64,000 nucleotides of DNA from Macrostomum lignano (GCA_002269645.1 NIVC01000980.1:372001-436000); one strand, 5' to 3'. Positions 36,491-48,872 are shown, counted from the first letter of the stretch. The notes: a model not told the origin generated them from the letters alone. A program made the numbers and translations.

Positions 36491-36667
36491 CGTTCGGCTT
36501 GTCGTTAGCGGATCTTTTCTGCGCCTGCGCCGGTGCCGGCTTGTCGTCGCCGTCAGCGCCTTCGGCCTCGCCGGTGGCGCCGAGCAGGCTGAAGATGATG
36601 CCAGCCTGGGAGTTGATGCCGACAGCTGTCACTATCATTCGGCCGGAGCCTTCCATCACGTTGGTGC
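36491..36667 (-). CDS. PMCA: PMCA coding exon 4
   Basis: [34 protein letters not shown]|GC acceptor, G|GTACGC donor. Confidence 0.93.
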
Positions 36668-36840
36668 CTGGAGAGTTTTTAAGATGCGTTACAGAGTGTC
36701 GTTAATATCATGAGATCTAAAGGCTGACATTTGCACTTGTAAATAACTCAGACGTTTGGAGAAACCTGCTTTCCTCAGTTATTCAGTTGAATCAGTTTTC
36801 ACTTCAACTTGCGCCACTAGTGCCCTACTTCAGATTTCGA

Positions 36841-37800
36841 TGTGTTTTCGGGTGACGAGAGCTGTATTAGAGGCCATAAAACAGTCATGAAACAGATAAG
36901 CGGAGAGAGCAGCGCCCTTGGTACAGTGTTTTCGGGTGACGAGAGCTGTATTAGAGGCCATAAAACAGTCATGAAACAGATAAGCGGAGAGAGCAGCGCC
37001 CTTGGTACAGTGTTTTCGGGTGACGAGAGCTGTATTAGAGGCCATAAAACAGTCATGAAACAGATAAGCGGAGAGAGCAGCGCCCTTGGTACAGTGTTTT
37101 CGGGTGACGAGAGCTGTATTAGAGGCCATAAAACAGTCATGAAACTGATAAGCGGAGAGAGCAGCGCCCTTGGTACAGTGTTTTCGGGTGACGAGAGCTG
37201 TATTAGAGGCCATAAAACAGTCATGAAACAGATAAGCGGAGAGAGCAGCGCCCTTGGTACAGTGTTTTCGGGTGACGAGAGCTGTATTAGAGGCCATAAA
37301 ACAGTCATGAAACAGATAAGCGGAGAGAGCAGCGCCCTTGGTACAGTGTTTTCGGGTGACGAGAGCTGTATTAGAGGCCATAAAACAGTCATGAAACAGA
37401 TAAGCGGAGAGAGCAGCGCCCTTGGTACAGTGTTTTCGGGTGACGAGAGCTGTATTAGAGGCCATAAAACAGTCATGAAACAGATAAGCGGAGAGAGCAG
37501 CGCCCTTGGTACAGTGTTTTCGGGTGACGAGAGCTGTATTAGAGGCCATAAAACAGTCATGAAACAGATAAGCGGAGAGAGCAGCGCCCTTGGTACAGTG
37601 TTTTCGGGTGACGAGAGCTGTATTAGAGGCCATAAAACAGTCATGAAACAGATAAGCGGAGAGAGCAGCGCCCTTGGTACAGTGTTTTCGGGTGACGAGA
37701 GCTGTATTAGAGGCCATAAAACAGTCATGAAACAGATAAGCGGAGAGAGCAGCGCCCTTGGTCAGTGTTTTCGGGTGACGAGAGCTGTATTGGAGGCCAG
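36841..37800. repeat. 84-bp near-perfect tandem repeat, about 11.4 copies
   Basis: Unit GTGTTTTCGGGTGACGAGAGCTG..GCCCTTGGTACA. Confidence 0.96.
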
Positions 37801-39310
37801 TCATAAAACTGATAAGTAACGCCTTTGTTTGTGTTGCTGTTGATAAGCACGACTGAGAACTGTACAAGAATGCATTTTTATGAAGAAACTCAGAAATCTT
37901 AAAAGTTGCGATTGTAATTCAAAAGCCTGCAATACGAGCGTGGATCGAAAAAGGGAAAACATTTTTCGCAGTTCAGACAGCCTAGGCCTCAACTGCCTGC
38001 AGCCGTGACCCAATGCTTATGCATCACAGCATACGCAAAACATCCAGCCGAAATGAAAGATTATTATTAGAAAGAATGCTAGGAGTTTCAAATACTATAT
38101 ATTCTTACACATACGCCTAGGGCGCATAAGAAAACAGGGGAATCGATATGCGTAAAAAATTCACCCCATATCGACTGCTGGGTAAAGAGGGCAAAGTGGA
38201 TTCCGAAATTCCAATAGCCAGACTGTTCTCTCCGAAAGTCGCAGCAGTGCTGACAAAATGCCGGAGCTGTCGCCAGGATGCCGCCCCCCTCCGCCCCCTA
38301 TCCCTTAAACCAGACCCCCCCAGGCAGCGGTGAAGACGGAAGGGGGGTGAAAGTCGAGAGGGAAACTGCGGGAGGGGCGGGCGGGCGGTGGCTCTTCTTC
38401 GGCGACGACAGCCACATTGACTTTCTTCTTTCTTTCCCTTTCCTCTTCATCTCGCTTCGATTCGCTCGGCTGATGGCAGCGCGGACCAGCTGCTGAAGTG
38501 GTGGCCGCCCCCCCCCCCCACCTCGGCGGGGTCAGCTGTGCTGTGCGCACCGGCTCGCCTACCGCCAAGGAAAGGTAGCTTAGCTGAGATGAACGCAGAC
38601 GAACTAAGGTCGGCAAGAACTTTTGGCAGGAAAAAGGAGGCACCTCCCCCCTCCCCCCTAATTAGAGCTGCCGCCGCATGGGCTGGCTAGGTAAGGCAAG
38701 ACGGGGGCGGGGTTTTCTGGGATGGAACGGGGAGCTGGAAGGAAGATTAACCCAGTCTGTAAGCATCCTATAACATCGGCATCTTCCTCTGATGCTTCAA
38801 ACGTCTGCCCAGTCTCTCTCCAGACTCTGACAGCAGAGTTTTATCAGCTTGGGAGAAGTTCGGGTATAGCTTGGACAGAGGTGGCGGCGGGCGGTTAGAG
38901 GGAACGCTGACACAAGACTGTCTCTAAGCGAACGTCGAACGGCGATAACGATGAGTGGGTCTCTTCTTGGGGGGGGGGGGAAGTTTAGAAGATTTTGTTC
39001 AAACAATCTTCTGCGGGGCCGATGGCAAAGTCAATATAGTCGTAGTTCCCGGATGTGTCTCAACTCTCTCTCAGTCAATCTTTCTGTCTGCTTACTTCAG
39101 TTTTACTAGTTCCTTCGCCAGAACGTAAAAAGCATTTTCTAAAATTTTCAGGCTTACTTGAGTATTTGCAAGTAACTTTGTGATTCTATAGACGATTTCT
39201 AAGTAACACGAATCAGATTTAATTAATTATTGGACTAATCAATCAGACAGGGAGACAAGCAATCAATCTGTCACTCTTTCTGTAACAATTTCTCTGTAAT
39301 CTCTTTAGTT

Positions 39311-39830
39311 AGTCATTCTGTAAGTAATTCAGTCATTCTGTAAGTAATGTAGTCATTCTGTAAGTAATGCAGTCATTCTGTAAGTAATGCAGTCATTCTG
39401 TAAGTAATGCAGTCATTCTGTAAGTAATGCAGTCATTCTGTAAGTAATGCAGTCATTCTGTAAGTAATGTAGTCATTCTGTAAGTAATGCAGTCATTCTG
39501 TAAGTAATGCAGTCATTCTGTAAGTAATTCAGTCATTCTGTAAGTAATGCAGTCATTCTGTAAGTAATGCAGTCATTCTGTAAGTAATGTAGTCATTCTG
39601 TAAGTAATGCAGTCATTCTGTAAGTAATGTAGTCATTCTGTAAGTAATGCAGTCATTCTGTAAGTAATGTAGTCATTCTGTAAGTAATTTAGTCATTCTG
39701 TAAGTAATGTAGTCATTCTGTAAGTAATGCAGCCATTCTGTAAGTAATGTAGTCATTCTGTAAGTCATTCAGTCATTCTGTAAGTCATTCAGTCATTCTG
39801 TACGTCATTCACGACATTCAGCCATTCTTT
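39311..39830. repeat. 20-bp minisatellite, about 26 copies
   Basis: Unit AGTCATTCTGTAAGTAATGC. Confidence 0.95.
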
Positions 39831-39895
39831 GATTTAAGTGAAATTTATATCCAAGCGTCTGCTAACAGTTAAAAACGTCAGAATTTCGAGCTCAC

Positions 39896-40282
39896 CAGAC
39901 ATCAAAATGGGATCCCGATCCTCGCCCTTCTTCACGTGGTCGCTTTCTCCAGTGAGACTGCTCTCGTCTACCTTGAGATCGTTGCTCTGGATGATGATGC
40001 CGTCGGCGGGCAGGGCATCGCCGTACTTCACCTGGCAGATGTCGCCGACAACGATATCGTTGACCAGCACCTTGGACACCTGGCCATTGCGGATGACATC
40101 GAACAGGTGCTCCTGTTCGAGCTTGGCCTGCAGTCCGCGGAACTGCCGCTCCTTGCTCCAGTCGTTGAATGCCGTCACCAGCACCACGACCACTACGGCG
40201 AAGGCGATGGCGACGCCCTCGATCCAGCCGGCCTGCTCCTCGCTGTCGTCTCCGTGAGTCTCGCCGGGCGTCTTAGTGCGGA
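39896..40282 (-). CDS. PMCA: PMCA coding exon 3
   Basis: [37 protein letters not shown] (TM2 and actuator TGES motif). Phase 1 to 1 GT-AG junctions. Confidence 0.95.
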
Positions 40283-40339
40283 CTGCGGGGAAGAGAGAGA
40301 GCGTGGATTTCTGCGTCCTCTTTCCTGCAGTCACTTCCA

Positions 40340-41030
40340 CCCACTCACTGCAACCGGCAAACCCACTCACTGCAACCGGCAAACCCACTCACTGCAACCG
40401 GCAAACCCACTCACTGCAACCGGCAAACCCACTCACTGCAACCGGCAAACCCACTCACTGCAACCGGCAAACCCACTCACTGCAACCGGCAAACCCACTC
40501 ACTGCAACCGGCAAACCCACACTCCCTGCAACCGGCAAACCCACTCACCGCAACTGGCAAAGCCACTCACTGCAACCGGCAAACTTACTCACTGCAACCG
40601 GCAAATCCGCTCACTGCAACCGGCAAACCCACTCACTGCAACCGGCAAACCCACTCACTGCAACCGGCAAACCCACTCACTGCAACCGGCAAACCCACTC
40701 ACTGCAACCGGCAAACCCACTCACTGCAACCGGCAAACTTACTCACTGCAACCGGCAAACCCACTCACTGCAACCGGCAAACCCACTCACTGCAACCGGC
40801 AAACCCACTCACTGCAACCGGCAAACCCACTCCCTGCAACCGGCAAACCCACTCACCGCAACTGGCAAAGCCACTCACCGCAACTGGCAAAGCCACTCAC
40901 TGCAACCGGCAAACCCACTCACTGCAACCGGCAAACCCACTCACTGCAACCGGCAAAGCCACTCACCGCAACTGGCAAAGCCACTCACTGCAACCGGCAA
41001 ACCCACTCACTGCAACCGGCAAACCCACTC
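40340..41030. repeat. 22-bp minisatellite, about 31 copies
   Basis: Unit CCCACTCACTGCAACCGGCAAA. Fills PMCA intron 2. Confidence 0.95.
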
Positions 41031-41050
41031 CCACAGACCCAAACACTCAC

Positions 41051-41224
41051 ACTTTTGATACAGCGAGATGCCCAGAGACACAAGCGCGCAGACAATCAGC
41101 ATAATCAGCGTGTAGTCCTGCATCGCTTCGAGCGCCAGCTGTAAAAAAGTCTTTGGCGGCTTCGGCGGGATCACGTTGGCGCCGAACGCCTGCTTCCGGC
41201 TGGACACTTCGCTCTCGTTGATGC
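41051..41224 (-). CDS. PMCA: PMCA coding exon 2
   Basis: AFGANVIPPKPPKTFLQLALEAMQDYTLIML (TM1). GCAG|GC acceptor, T|GTGAGT donor, phase 1 to 1. Confidence 0.93.
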
Positions 41225-42689
41225 CTGCACAATGGGGTGCGTGATTCGGGCTTGAAATTAGACCCCCATTCACTCAGCACTGCACTATTCGCTCGCGGGC
41301 AATCAATCAAGTAAATATGGGAGTCCCACACTGAAAGATGAAGACATACACTGCGTACCTAGGGCTCTCACGCATTTTGGACTTTTTAGATTGAGGTTTT
41401 GTACTTCCCTATAAAATTTCAGCTTTAAAAAGTTTAATACGCTACATATCGTTACTTAACTCGCGAGAAGTTCTACATTAAGCGGTGCATAAACTAGCAC
41501 ATAAATATTGAAATATTGAAAGCATGCAGCCACGATCATTAGGTCTAAATAAATCTGTTTTGAACCTTACAAGATGTCAAAGCTAAATTTGAAGATTGAT
41601 CATCCAGCTCGAGCCCGCAAAACTGGCACTTTGTTGGGAGGAGGTTGGTTAACAAATCGATTGATTTTTCTCTTAGCGAGATCAGACATGGGTGGGGGGC
41701 ACACCAATTCGTGTTTACAAGTCTCTTGCCGGCTTCTCCGTCAGTCTCTTTGCAGTGCGTGTGAAGTGTGTGTAACTGTGCGCTTTCTGGCTGTGATTTC
41801 CCTGCCATACCAAAGTGCATGTTTTCCTCAGTCAGGGTGGGGGGGCTGCAGGGAAAAAAAGGGAGAAAAATCCCCTTATTGCCACTTATAGATCCCAAAT
41901 ATATTAGTTATGCATGCGAGCAGACGAGTCAGATTAGAAGGTGCAGGAAATCAGTTGACACACAGAAAAAAGTTGACAGAGAGGTGAGTGGGCAAAGTTT
42001 GTCTAACATGATTAGATAATGTCAAAGCGTTGCGCCTCGCAAGATTTCGCTTGAGCATAGTGAAAGAGACTCAGTTTTCATTTGACGCACTCAATCCACT
42101 CTACAGGCCTCTGCCTCTCCCATAGGCGAAATGGGAAACAAGCAGTGGGAGAGCAAAGTGCCCCCGTTATTTTTGGGATAACTCCAGCATCCCAGGAAGA
42201 AATGGGAACTACTAGTATAGCAAAGGCCGTCTATCTCATCTGGCAGTGAACAAGGGCGGCATTTATATGCATATCGCTCGCTCCTAACCCTGCTGGTCCC
42301 GGCAACCGCCCTCCCCCCCCCCCGCGGGAGAGGAGAGGCATCGGGCGAACCGACCGAATAGGCTACGAGCTTATATGGGAAGCCGCAGAACCAGCAGAGG
42401 GCAGCGGACGCGTGATTTATATCTCCACTTGGCGGGCCTTTTTGGGTGGAAATAGGCCAGGGCAAAATGGCTACACATCCAGCCGGCCTCCAGATATGGG
42501 AACGATGAAATAATCCTATTGAGACTAGCTGGGGTAAATTTTCCCAAATACGAGTCACGGAGAGGGATCAGCAAGCTTGCAGTGCTCTCAGTGCGTACTT
42601 TTAGTTGGTAGCGGCTATTAGAGCAAGTGTAGGTATCAGATGCCAAATTTTATTGTCCGACATAGTGATCAGCTGATACTGGGAAGGGG

Positions 42690-43400
42690 AGTTGACAGTG
42701 GACAAGGAGAGTAGACAGTAGGGAGACAGCTGGTATAGACGGTAGGGAAGGGAGGGGTAGACAGTAGGGAGACTGGTGTAGCCGTTAGGGAAGGGAGGGG
42801 TACACAATAGGGAGACTGGTGTAGCCAGTAGGGAAGGGAGGGGTAGACAGTAGGGAAGGGTAGACAGTAGGGAAGGGTAGACAGCAGGGAAGGGTAGACA
42901 GTAGGGAAGGGTAGACAGTAGGGAAGGGTAGACAGTAGGGAAGGGTAGACAGTAGGGAAGGGATGGGTAGACAGTAGGGAAGGGTAGACAGTAGGGAAGG
43001 GATGGGTAGACAGTAGGGAAGGGAGGGGTAGACAATAGGGAGACTGGTGTAGCCGGTAGGGAAGGGAGGGGTAGACAGTAGGGAAGGGTAGACAGTAGGG
43101 AAGGGTAGACAGCAGGGAAGGGTAGACAGTAGGGAAGGGATGGGTAGACAGTAGGGAAGGGATGGGTAGACAACAGGGAGGGATAGACAGTAGGGAAGGG
43201 TAGACAGTAGGGAAGGGATGGGTAGACAGTAGGGAAGGGTAGACAGTAGGGAAGGGATGGGTAGACAGTAGGGAAGGGTAGACAGCAGGGAAGGGTAGAC
43301 AGTAGGGAAGGGTAGACAGTAGGGAAGGGATGAGTGGACAATAGGGAAGGGAGAGGTAGACAATAAAGTGAGGTAGACACTAGGGAAGGGAGGGGAAGGC
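42690..43400. repeat. G-rich 18-23-bp minisatellite
   Basis: Unit GGTAGACAGTAGGGAAGG(GATG). Confidence 0.92.
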
Positions 43401-44004
43401 AGTAGGCAGGGGGATGGAACTATTGCTGAGAGTGATGAGGTGGGAAGCAGTTATAGAAATATAAATAATCATGAGAAATTCCCAATGGATCTCATAAACA
43501 TAAAAAGCAGACGACTGCCCGGTTGGCAGGGAAAAGATTCGCAGCAAAAAAATAATTTGAGTGAAACATAACAGGAAATCTAATTAATATATGAATTATT
43601 GACTATTGCTGTTGATAATAAGTTGGGACAATTGGCGCGTAAGGGGGACTGGAGGCGAGGCTATGGAGGGAGGTAGGGAAGGAGGGATAAATAAAAATAG
43701 AACCGACGGCTGAGAGATCAATTTCAATTGAAACCAAGTGCTGCCGCGGCATGCAAACACAGCACGGATGAAGTTGGGAGCCTGAGGCCTACCCTGGAGA
43801 CTCGTCTCAGGCCTCCAGAAGCTGCTCGATATATGCCGAGTGACTGGTTAAACCAAGGACACCCAGAACCAGAGCTTGAAGTGACAACTCCTCACCAAAC
43901 CCTTCATTTTCGAACATCTTTTACAAACTTAGTCTCATTTTAATAAAGCTTTATAAAAATTCTGCTGAATGAGCAATAGGCCATGTGCTAGGAAGGTTTT
44001 ATAT

Positions 44005-45222
44005 CACCTAAATTTCCCATTACCTAAATTTCACATCACCTAAATTTCACATGACCTAAATTTCACATCACCTAAATCTCACATCACCTAAATTTCACAT
44101 CGCCTAAATTTCGCATCACCTAAATTTCGCATCACCTAAATTTCACATCACCTAAATTTCGCATCACCTAAATTTACATCGCCTAAATTTCGCATCACCT
44201 AAAAATCAAATCACCTAAATTTCAAATCGTCTAAATTTCACATCACCTAAATTTACATCGCCTAAATTTCGCGTCACCTAAAAATCAAATCACCTAAATT
44301 TCAAATCGTCTAAATTTCACATCACCTAAATTTCACATCGCCTAAATTTCGCATCACCTAAAAATCAAATCACCTAAATTTCAAATCGTCTAAATTTCAC
44401 ATCACCTAAATTTCACATCACCTAAATCTCACATCACCTAAATTTCACATCGCCTAAATTTCGCATCACCTAAATTTCACATCACCTAAATTTACATCGC
44501 CTAAATTTCGCATCACCTAAAAATCAAATCACCTAAATTTCACATCACCTAAATTTCGCATCACCTAAATTTACATCGCCTAAATTTCGCATCACCTAAA
44601 AATCAAATCACCTAAATTTCAAATCGTCTAAATTTCACATCACCTAAATTTCATATCGCCTAAATTTCGCATCACCTAAAAATCAAATCACCTAAATTTC
44701 AAATCGTCTAAATTTCACATCACCTAAATTTCACATCACCTAAATCTCACATCACCTAAATTTCACATCGCCTAAATTTCACATCGCCTAAATTTCGCAT
44801 CACCTAAATTTCACATCACCTAAATTTACATCGCCTAAATTTCGCATCACCTAAAAATCAAATCACCTAAATTTCACATCACCTAAATTTCGCATCACCT
44901 AAATTTACATCGCCTAAATTTCGCATCACCTAAAAATCAAATCACCTAAATTTCAAATCGTCTAAATTTCACATCACCTAAATTTCACATCGCCTAAATT
45001 TCGCATCACCTAAAAATCAAATCACCTAAATTTCAAATCGTCTAAATTTCACATCACCTAAATTTCACATCACCTAAATCTCACATCACCTAAATTTCAC
45101 ATCGCCTAAATTTCGCATCACCTAAATTTCACATCACCTAAATTTACATCGCCTAAATTTCGCATCACCTAAAAATCAAATCACCTAAATTTCAAATCGT
45201 CTAAATTTCACATCACCTAAGT
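44005..45222. repeat. 15-16-bp satellite with higher-order structure
   Basis: Base unit CACATCACCTAAATTT, with variant monomers in a recurring order. Confidence 0.93.
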
Positions 45223-46184
45223 TTCAAGAATTCACTTTGAAATTTGGACCTTTTATTAAAGTTTTGGCGATACGAAAAGATGATGCAGGGTAGCTGACCT
45301 ATCTTCTGTGCGTAAACTCATGTGGGCAGGAGTTGCTGCTCCAAGCTCTGGCTCTAATTCGCCTTGCCGGAGCCGAAGAAGAGCCCTGGGCCTCGGGTTA
45401 ATTGCTAAGACTCCCGTTTCGATTCCTATAGGGACTCCGGGGCAGACCCGTGCTGCAACTGGGGTGGAAAGTCGATAAATTCCCAACTTAGAGGCTCCCA
45501 GTTGCCCTCCTGCCCCAACCCCACCCCCAGCCCGGAGGGACCCCCATTGACTGTTCCGGGGGTTGGACTTCTCGAATCCGTCTCAAGCCAGCGTCTGCAC
45601 TTCCCCATAGCTACCCGTCTTTATCTGTGGCCGACGCCGCCTCCCCACCCCCTCCGCTCAGCTCCTTAGCTGGCCTCAGTAGTTTTAGCTTCCTCTTTTA
45701 GTAATCGAAATTCAGCTCAACGGGAAGGGAGGATGAAGGTTATAGGCAGAGCTTCGACTTCTCCGCTGATCTCTCTGCCGCCACGTGTATCAAAGAGCTT
45801 GTTTTGCTTGTAGTCAGGCCAGACAACTGAGTAGCCGGCCTGATCTATTATTATTAGAGAGAAAAACAGCTATTTTTGCTCTCTGAATCTCCAATAAGAA
45901 CGAAAAAAGGTGCATCCGCTTTGCCCTTATCCTCAGCATCTCTTTTGTCTTCACTGCCATCCTCGCAAGCTGGTCTGAATGCTCACGCTAGAATTAACGA
46001 ATTCTAGAGCTACATAGAGCTGCACTTTTTCTTAGCGTAATAAAAAATTCTCTCAGTTGTGATTTGCAATTGAAATGAACTATTGCTAAATACGAAAACA
46101 GGTTTTGCGTTTAGGAAGCGCAGAACGGAGCAGATGATTCATTGAATTCACTAGTTGTTGTCACTCCTTTCTGGCAAATAAAAT

Positions 46185-46380
46185 CGAGTAGTTCACGGTT
46201 TCCTGGAAAATATAATCAAGAGTAGTTCACAGTTTCCTGGAAAATATAATCAAGAGTAGTTCACGGTTTCCTGGAAAATATAATCAAGAGTAGTTCACCG
46301 TTTCCTGGAAAATGTGATCAACAGTGGTTTACTGTTTTTTTTGAAAATGTGATCAAGAGTGGTTCACCGTTTCTTGGAAA
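46185..46380. repeat. About 40-bp degenerate tandem repeat, about 5 copies
   Basis: Unit GAGTAGTTCACGGTTTCCTGGAAAATATAATCAA... Confidence 0.8.
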
Positions 46381-46637
46381 GGGTAGTCAACTTAAAAAGC
46401 TTTCTAGGAAACTTAAAAACAATTAGATTGATCGTTTCCAGGAAATACTCGTACCTAACCGAAGAGGTTGACTATTTCTAAGAAAGTGAAAAGCAAAAAG
46501 CAGAAAAACTTCTAGGAATGTTAAAACTTAAAATTAAGTTGTTATTATTTTTTGAAAACTTGAATCAGTCGCTTTCGAGTGACTTTCAGACTGCAAAACT
46601 GGCTAACAAACTCAGTTTTAAGAAATCGACCTCTCAC

Positions 46638-46794
46638 CGCTCTGCGGCGAAGCCTTCAGCCGTTTGCACAATCCGTCTACGCCGCCGTAGTCGCTTTGAA
46701 TTTTGCTGACGGCCTCGTGCCCGCGGCACTCCATAAGGGTGCGCAGCTCCTGCAACGAGCAGCCGTACTCATTTCTACCGCCGCCCGCCGCCAT
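46638..46794 (-). CDS. PMCA: Plasma membrane Ca2+-transporting ATPase (P2B), coding exon 1
   Basis: [52 protein letters not shown] matches the PMCA N-terminus (ELRALMELR..YGDVYGICTKLKTSP). In-frame TGA three codons upstream of the ATG. Donor G|GTGAGA, phase 1. Confidence 0.92.
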
Positions 46795-46859
46795 TGAAGC
46801 TCAGTGCTGCTGCCCAGCTGGCTGAGAAGAGTCGGAAACAATCAAAATCCCTGTTGTAC

Positions 46860-46945
46860 CTGCAATAGCGCTGAAGACCGCGGCCTGTCCACTTGATGCC
46901 GAAATTGTTCAGTTTCAAGAGCTCTCGGTTCGGTGTGTTTTTTAG
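46860..46945 (-). other. Candidate PMCA 5'-UTR exon
   Basis: TTTTTACAG| acceptor and CAG|GTACAA donor. Followed by a 38-nt GT..CTTCTCAG intron (46822-46859) into the ATG-bearing exon. Confidence 0.45.
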
Positions 46946-47529
46946 CTGTAAAAAATGAGTGGGGCGGTCAGGCCGTCAGGGTTGCCGCTCCCGGTCCAGC
47001 TGGGAGTTCGCCATGTAATCTCTAATCAATAAATCAATAAATCAATAAATCAATAAATCAATCGCTTAAATTTTCGGGTAGTTCTTAAACTTAGAATACT
47101 GGTATTCTAGCCAATCGAGGATGCTGTGTGACAGAGAATTCCTCAGTCTCCTAGCTGGGTCATATATGTATATATATATGCATATCAGCTCACTGGGAAT
47201 CCACTCTGCTCAAATGCTGCCGCGGCTCAATTACTAAGCAATTAATTACTGAGCAGCAGGGGGCAGAGAGAGATTGGGGAAATGGGAATAGGCCAGCCAA
47301 AGATTGATGGCTCAGTGGAGATGTAACGATGTTCAGGGGCGTCGCCATGGATTTTATGGTGGGGGGACAAAGCCAAGAATTCAAAATGTACATGACAAAA
47401 TTTTGGCACTCATTTTGGCGTCACAGGCATTCATTTTGGCGCCGCATTCACTCATTTTAGCGCCACAGGCAATAATTGTAGCGCCTCTGGTATTCCTTTT
47501 AGCGCCACAGGCACTCATTTTAGCGCCGC

Positions 47530-48872
47530 AGCCAGACCCTGAAGCATTTGGGCAGCAGCCCCTGAGACACTCAGCCAGACCCTGAAGCATTTGGGCAGCA
47601 GCCCCCGAGACACTCAGCCAGACCCTGAAGCATTTGGGCAGCAGCCCCTGAGACACTCAGCCAGACCCTGAAGCATTTGGGCAGCAGCCCCGAGACACTC
47701 AGCCAGACCCTGAAGCATTTGGGCAGCAGCCCCTGAGACACTCAGCCAGACCCTGAAGCATTTGGGCAGCAGCCCCTGAGACACTCAGCCAGACCCTGAA
47801 GCATTTGGGCAGCAGCCCCTGAGACACTCAGCCAGACCCTGAAGCATTTGGGCAGCAGCCCCTGAGACACTCAGCCAGACCCTGAAGCATTTGGGCAGCA
47901 GCCCCTGAGACACTCAGCCAGACCCTGAAGCATTTGGGCAGCAGCCCCTGAGACACTCAGCCAGACCCTGAAGCATTTGGGCAGCAGCCCCGAGACACTC
48001 AGCCAGACCCTGAAGCATTTGGGCAGCAGCCCCGAGACACTCAGCCAGACCCTGAAGCATTTGGGCAGCAGCCCCTGAGACACTCAGCCAGACCCTGAAG
48101 CATTTGGGCAGCAGCCCCTGAGACACTCAGCCAGACCCTGAAGCATTTGGGCAGCAGCCCCGAGACACTCAGCCAGACCCTGAAGCATTTGGGCAGCAGC
48201 CCCGAGACACTCAGCCAGACCCTGAAGCATTTGGGCAGCAGCCCCGAGACACTCAGCCAGACCCTGAAGCATTTGGGCAGCAGCCCCTGAGACACTCAGC
48301 CAGACCCTGAAGCATTTGGGCAGCAGCCCCTGAGACACTCGGCCAGACCCTGAAGCATTTGGGCAGCAGCCCCTGAGACACTCAGCCAGACCCTGAAGCA
48401 TTTGGGCAGCAGCCCCTGAGACACTCAGCCAGACCCTGAAGCATTTGGGCAGCAGCCCCTGAGACACTCAGCCAGACCCTGAAGCATTTGGGCAGCAGCC
48501 CCGAGACACTCAGCCAGACCCTGAAGCATTTGGGCAGCAGCCCCGAGACACTCAGCCAGACCCTGAAGCATTTGGGCAACAGCCCCTGAGACACTCAGCC
48601 AGACCCTGAAGCATTTGGGCAGCAGCCCTGAGACACTCAGCCAGACCCTGAAGCATTTGGGCAGCAGCCCCTGAGACACTCAGCCAGACCCTGAAGCATT
48701 TGGGCAGCAGCCCCTGAGACACTCAGCCAGACCCTGAAGCATTTGGGCAGCAGCCCCCGAGACACTCAGCCAGACCCTGAAGCATTTGGGCAGCAGCCCC
48801 CGAGACACTCAGCCAGACCCTGAAGCATTTGGGCAGCAGCCCCTGAGACACTCAGCCAGACCCTGAAGCATT
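47530..48872. repeat. 42/43-bp minisatellite, about 31 copies
   Basis: Unit GCCAGACCCTGAAGCATTTGGGCAGCAGCCCC(T)GAGACACTCA. Confidence 0.96.

Noticed and set aside
38305-38643. Charged ORF (SKRDEEERERKKKVNVAVVAEEEPPP) on the PMCA strand
   Set aside because: It derives from a purine/pyrimidine tract. It lies where exons 3 and 4 already join perfectly (LMSG/TNVMEG), and it has no convincing splice pair.
14222-41030. Hypothesis that donor-like motifs in arrays are always antisense to the host gene
   Set aside because: It holds for the 14222, 26765, 33072 and 39311 arrays but is contradicted by the 30255 and 40340 arrays, which carry sense GTAAGT/GTGAGT.
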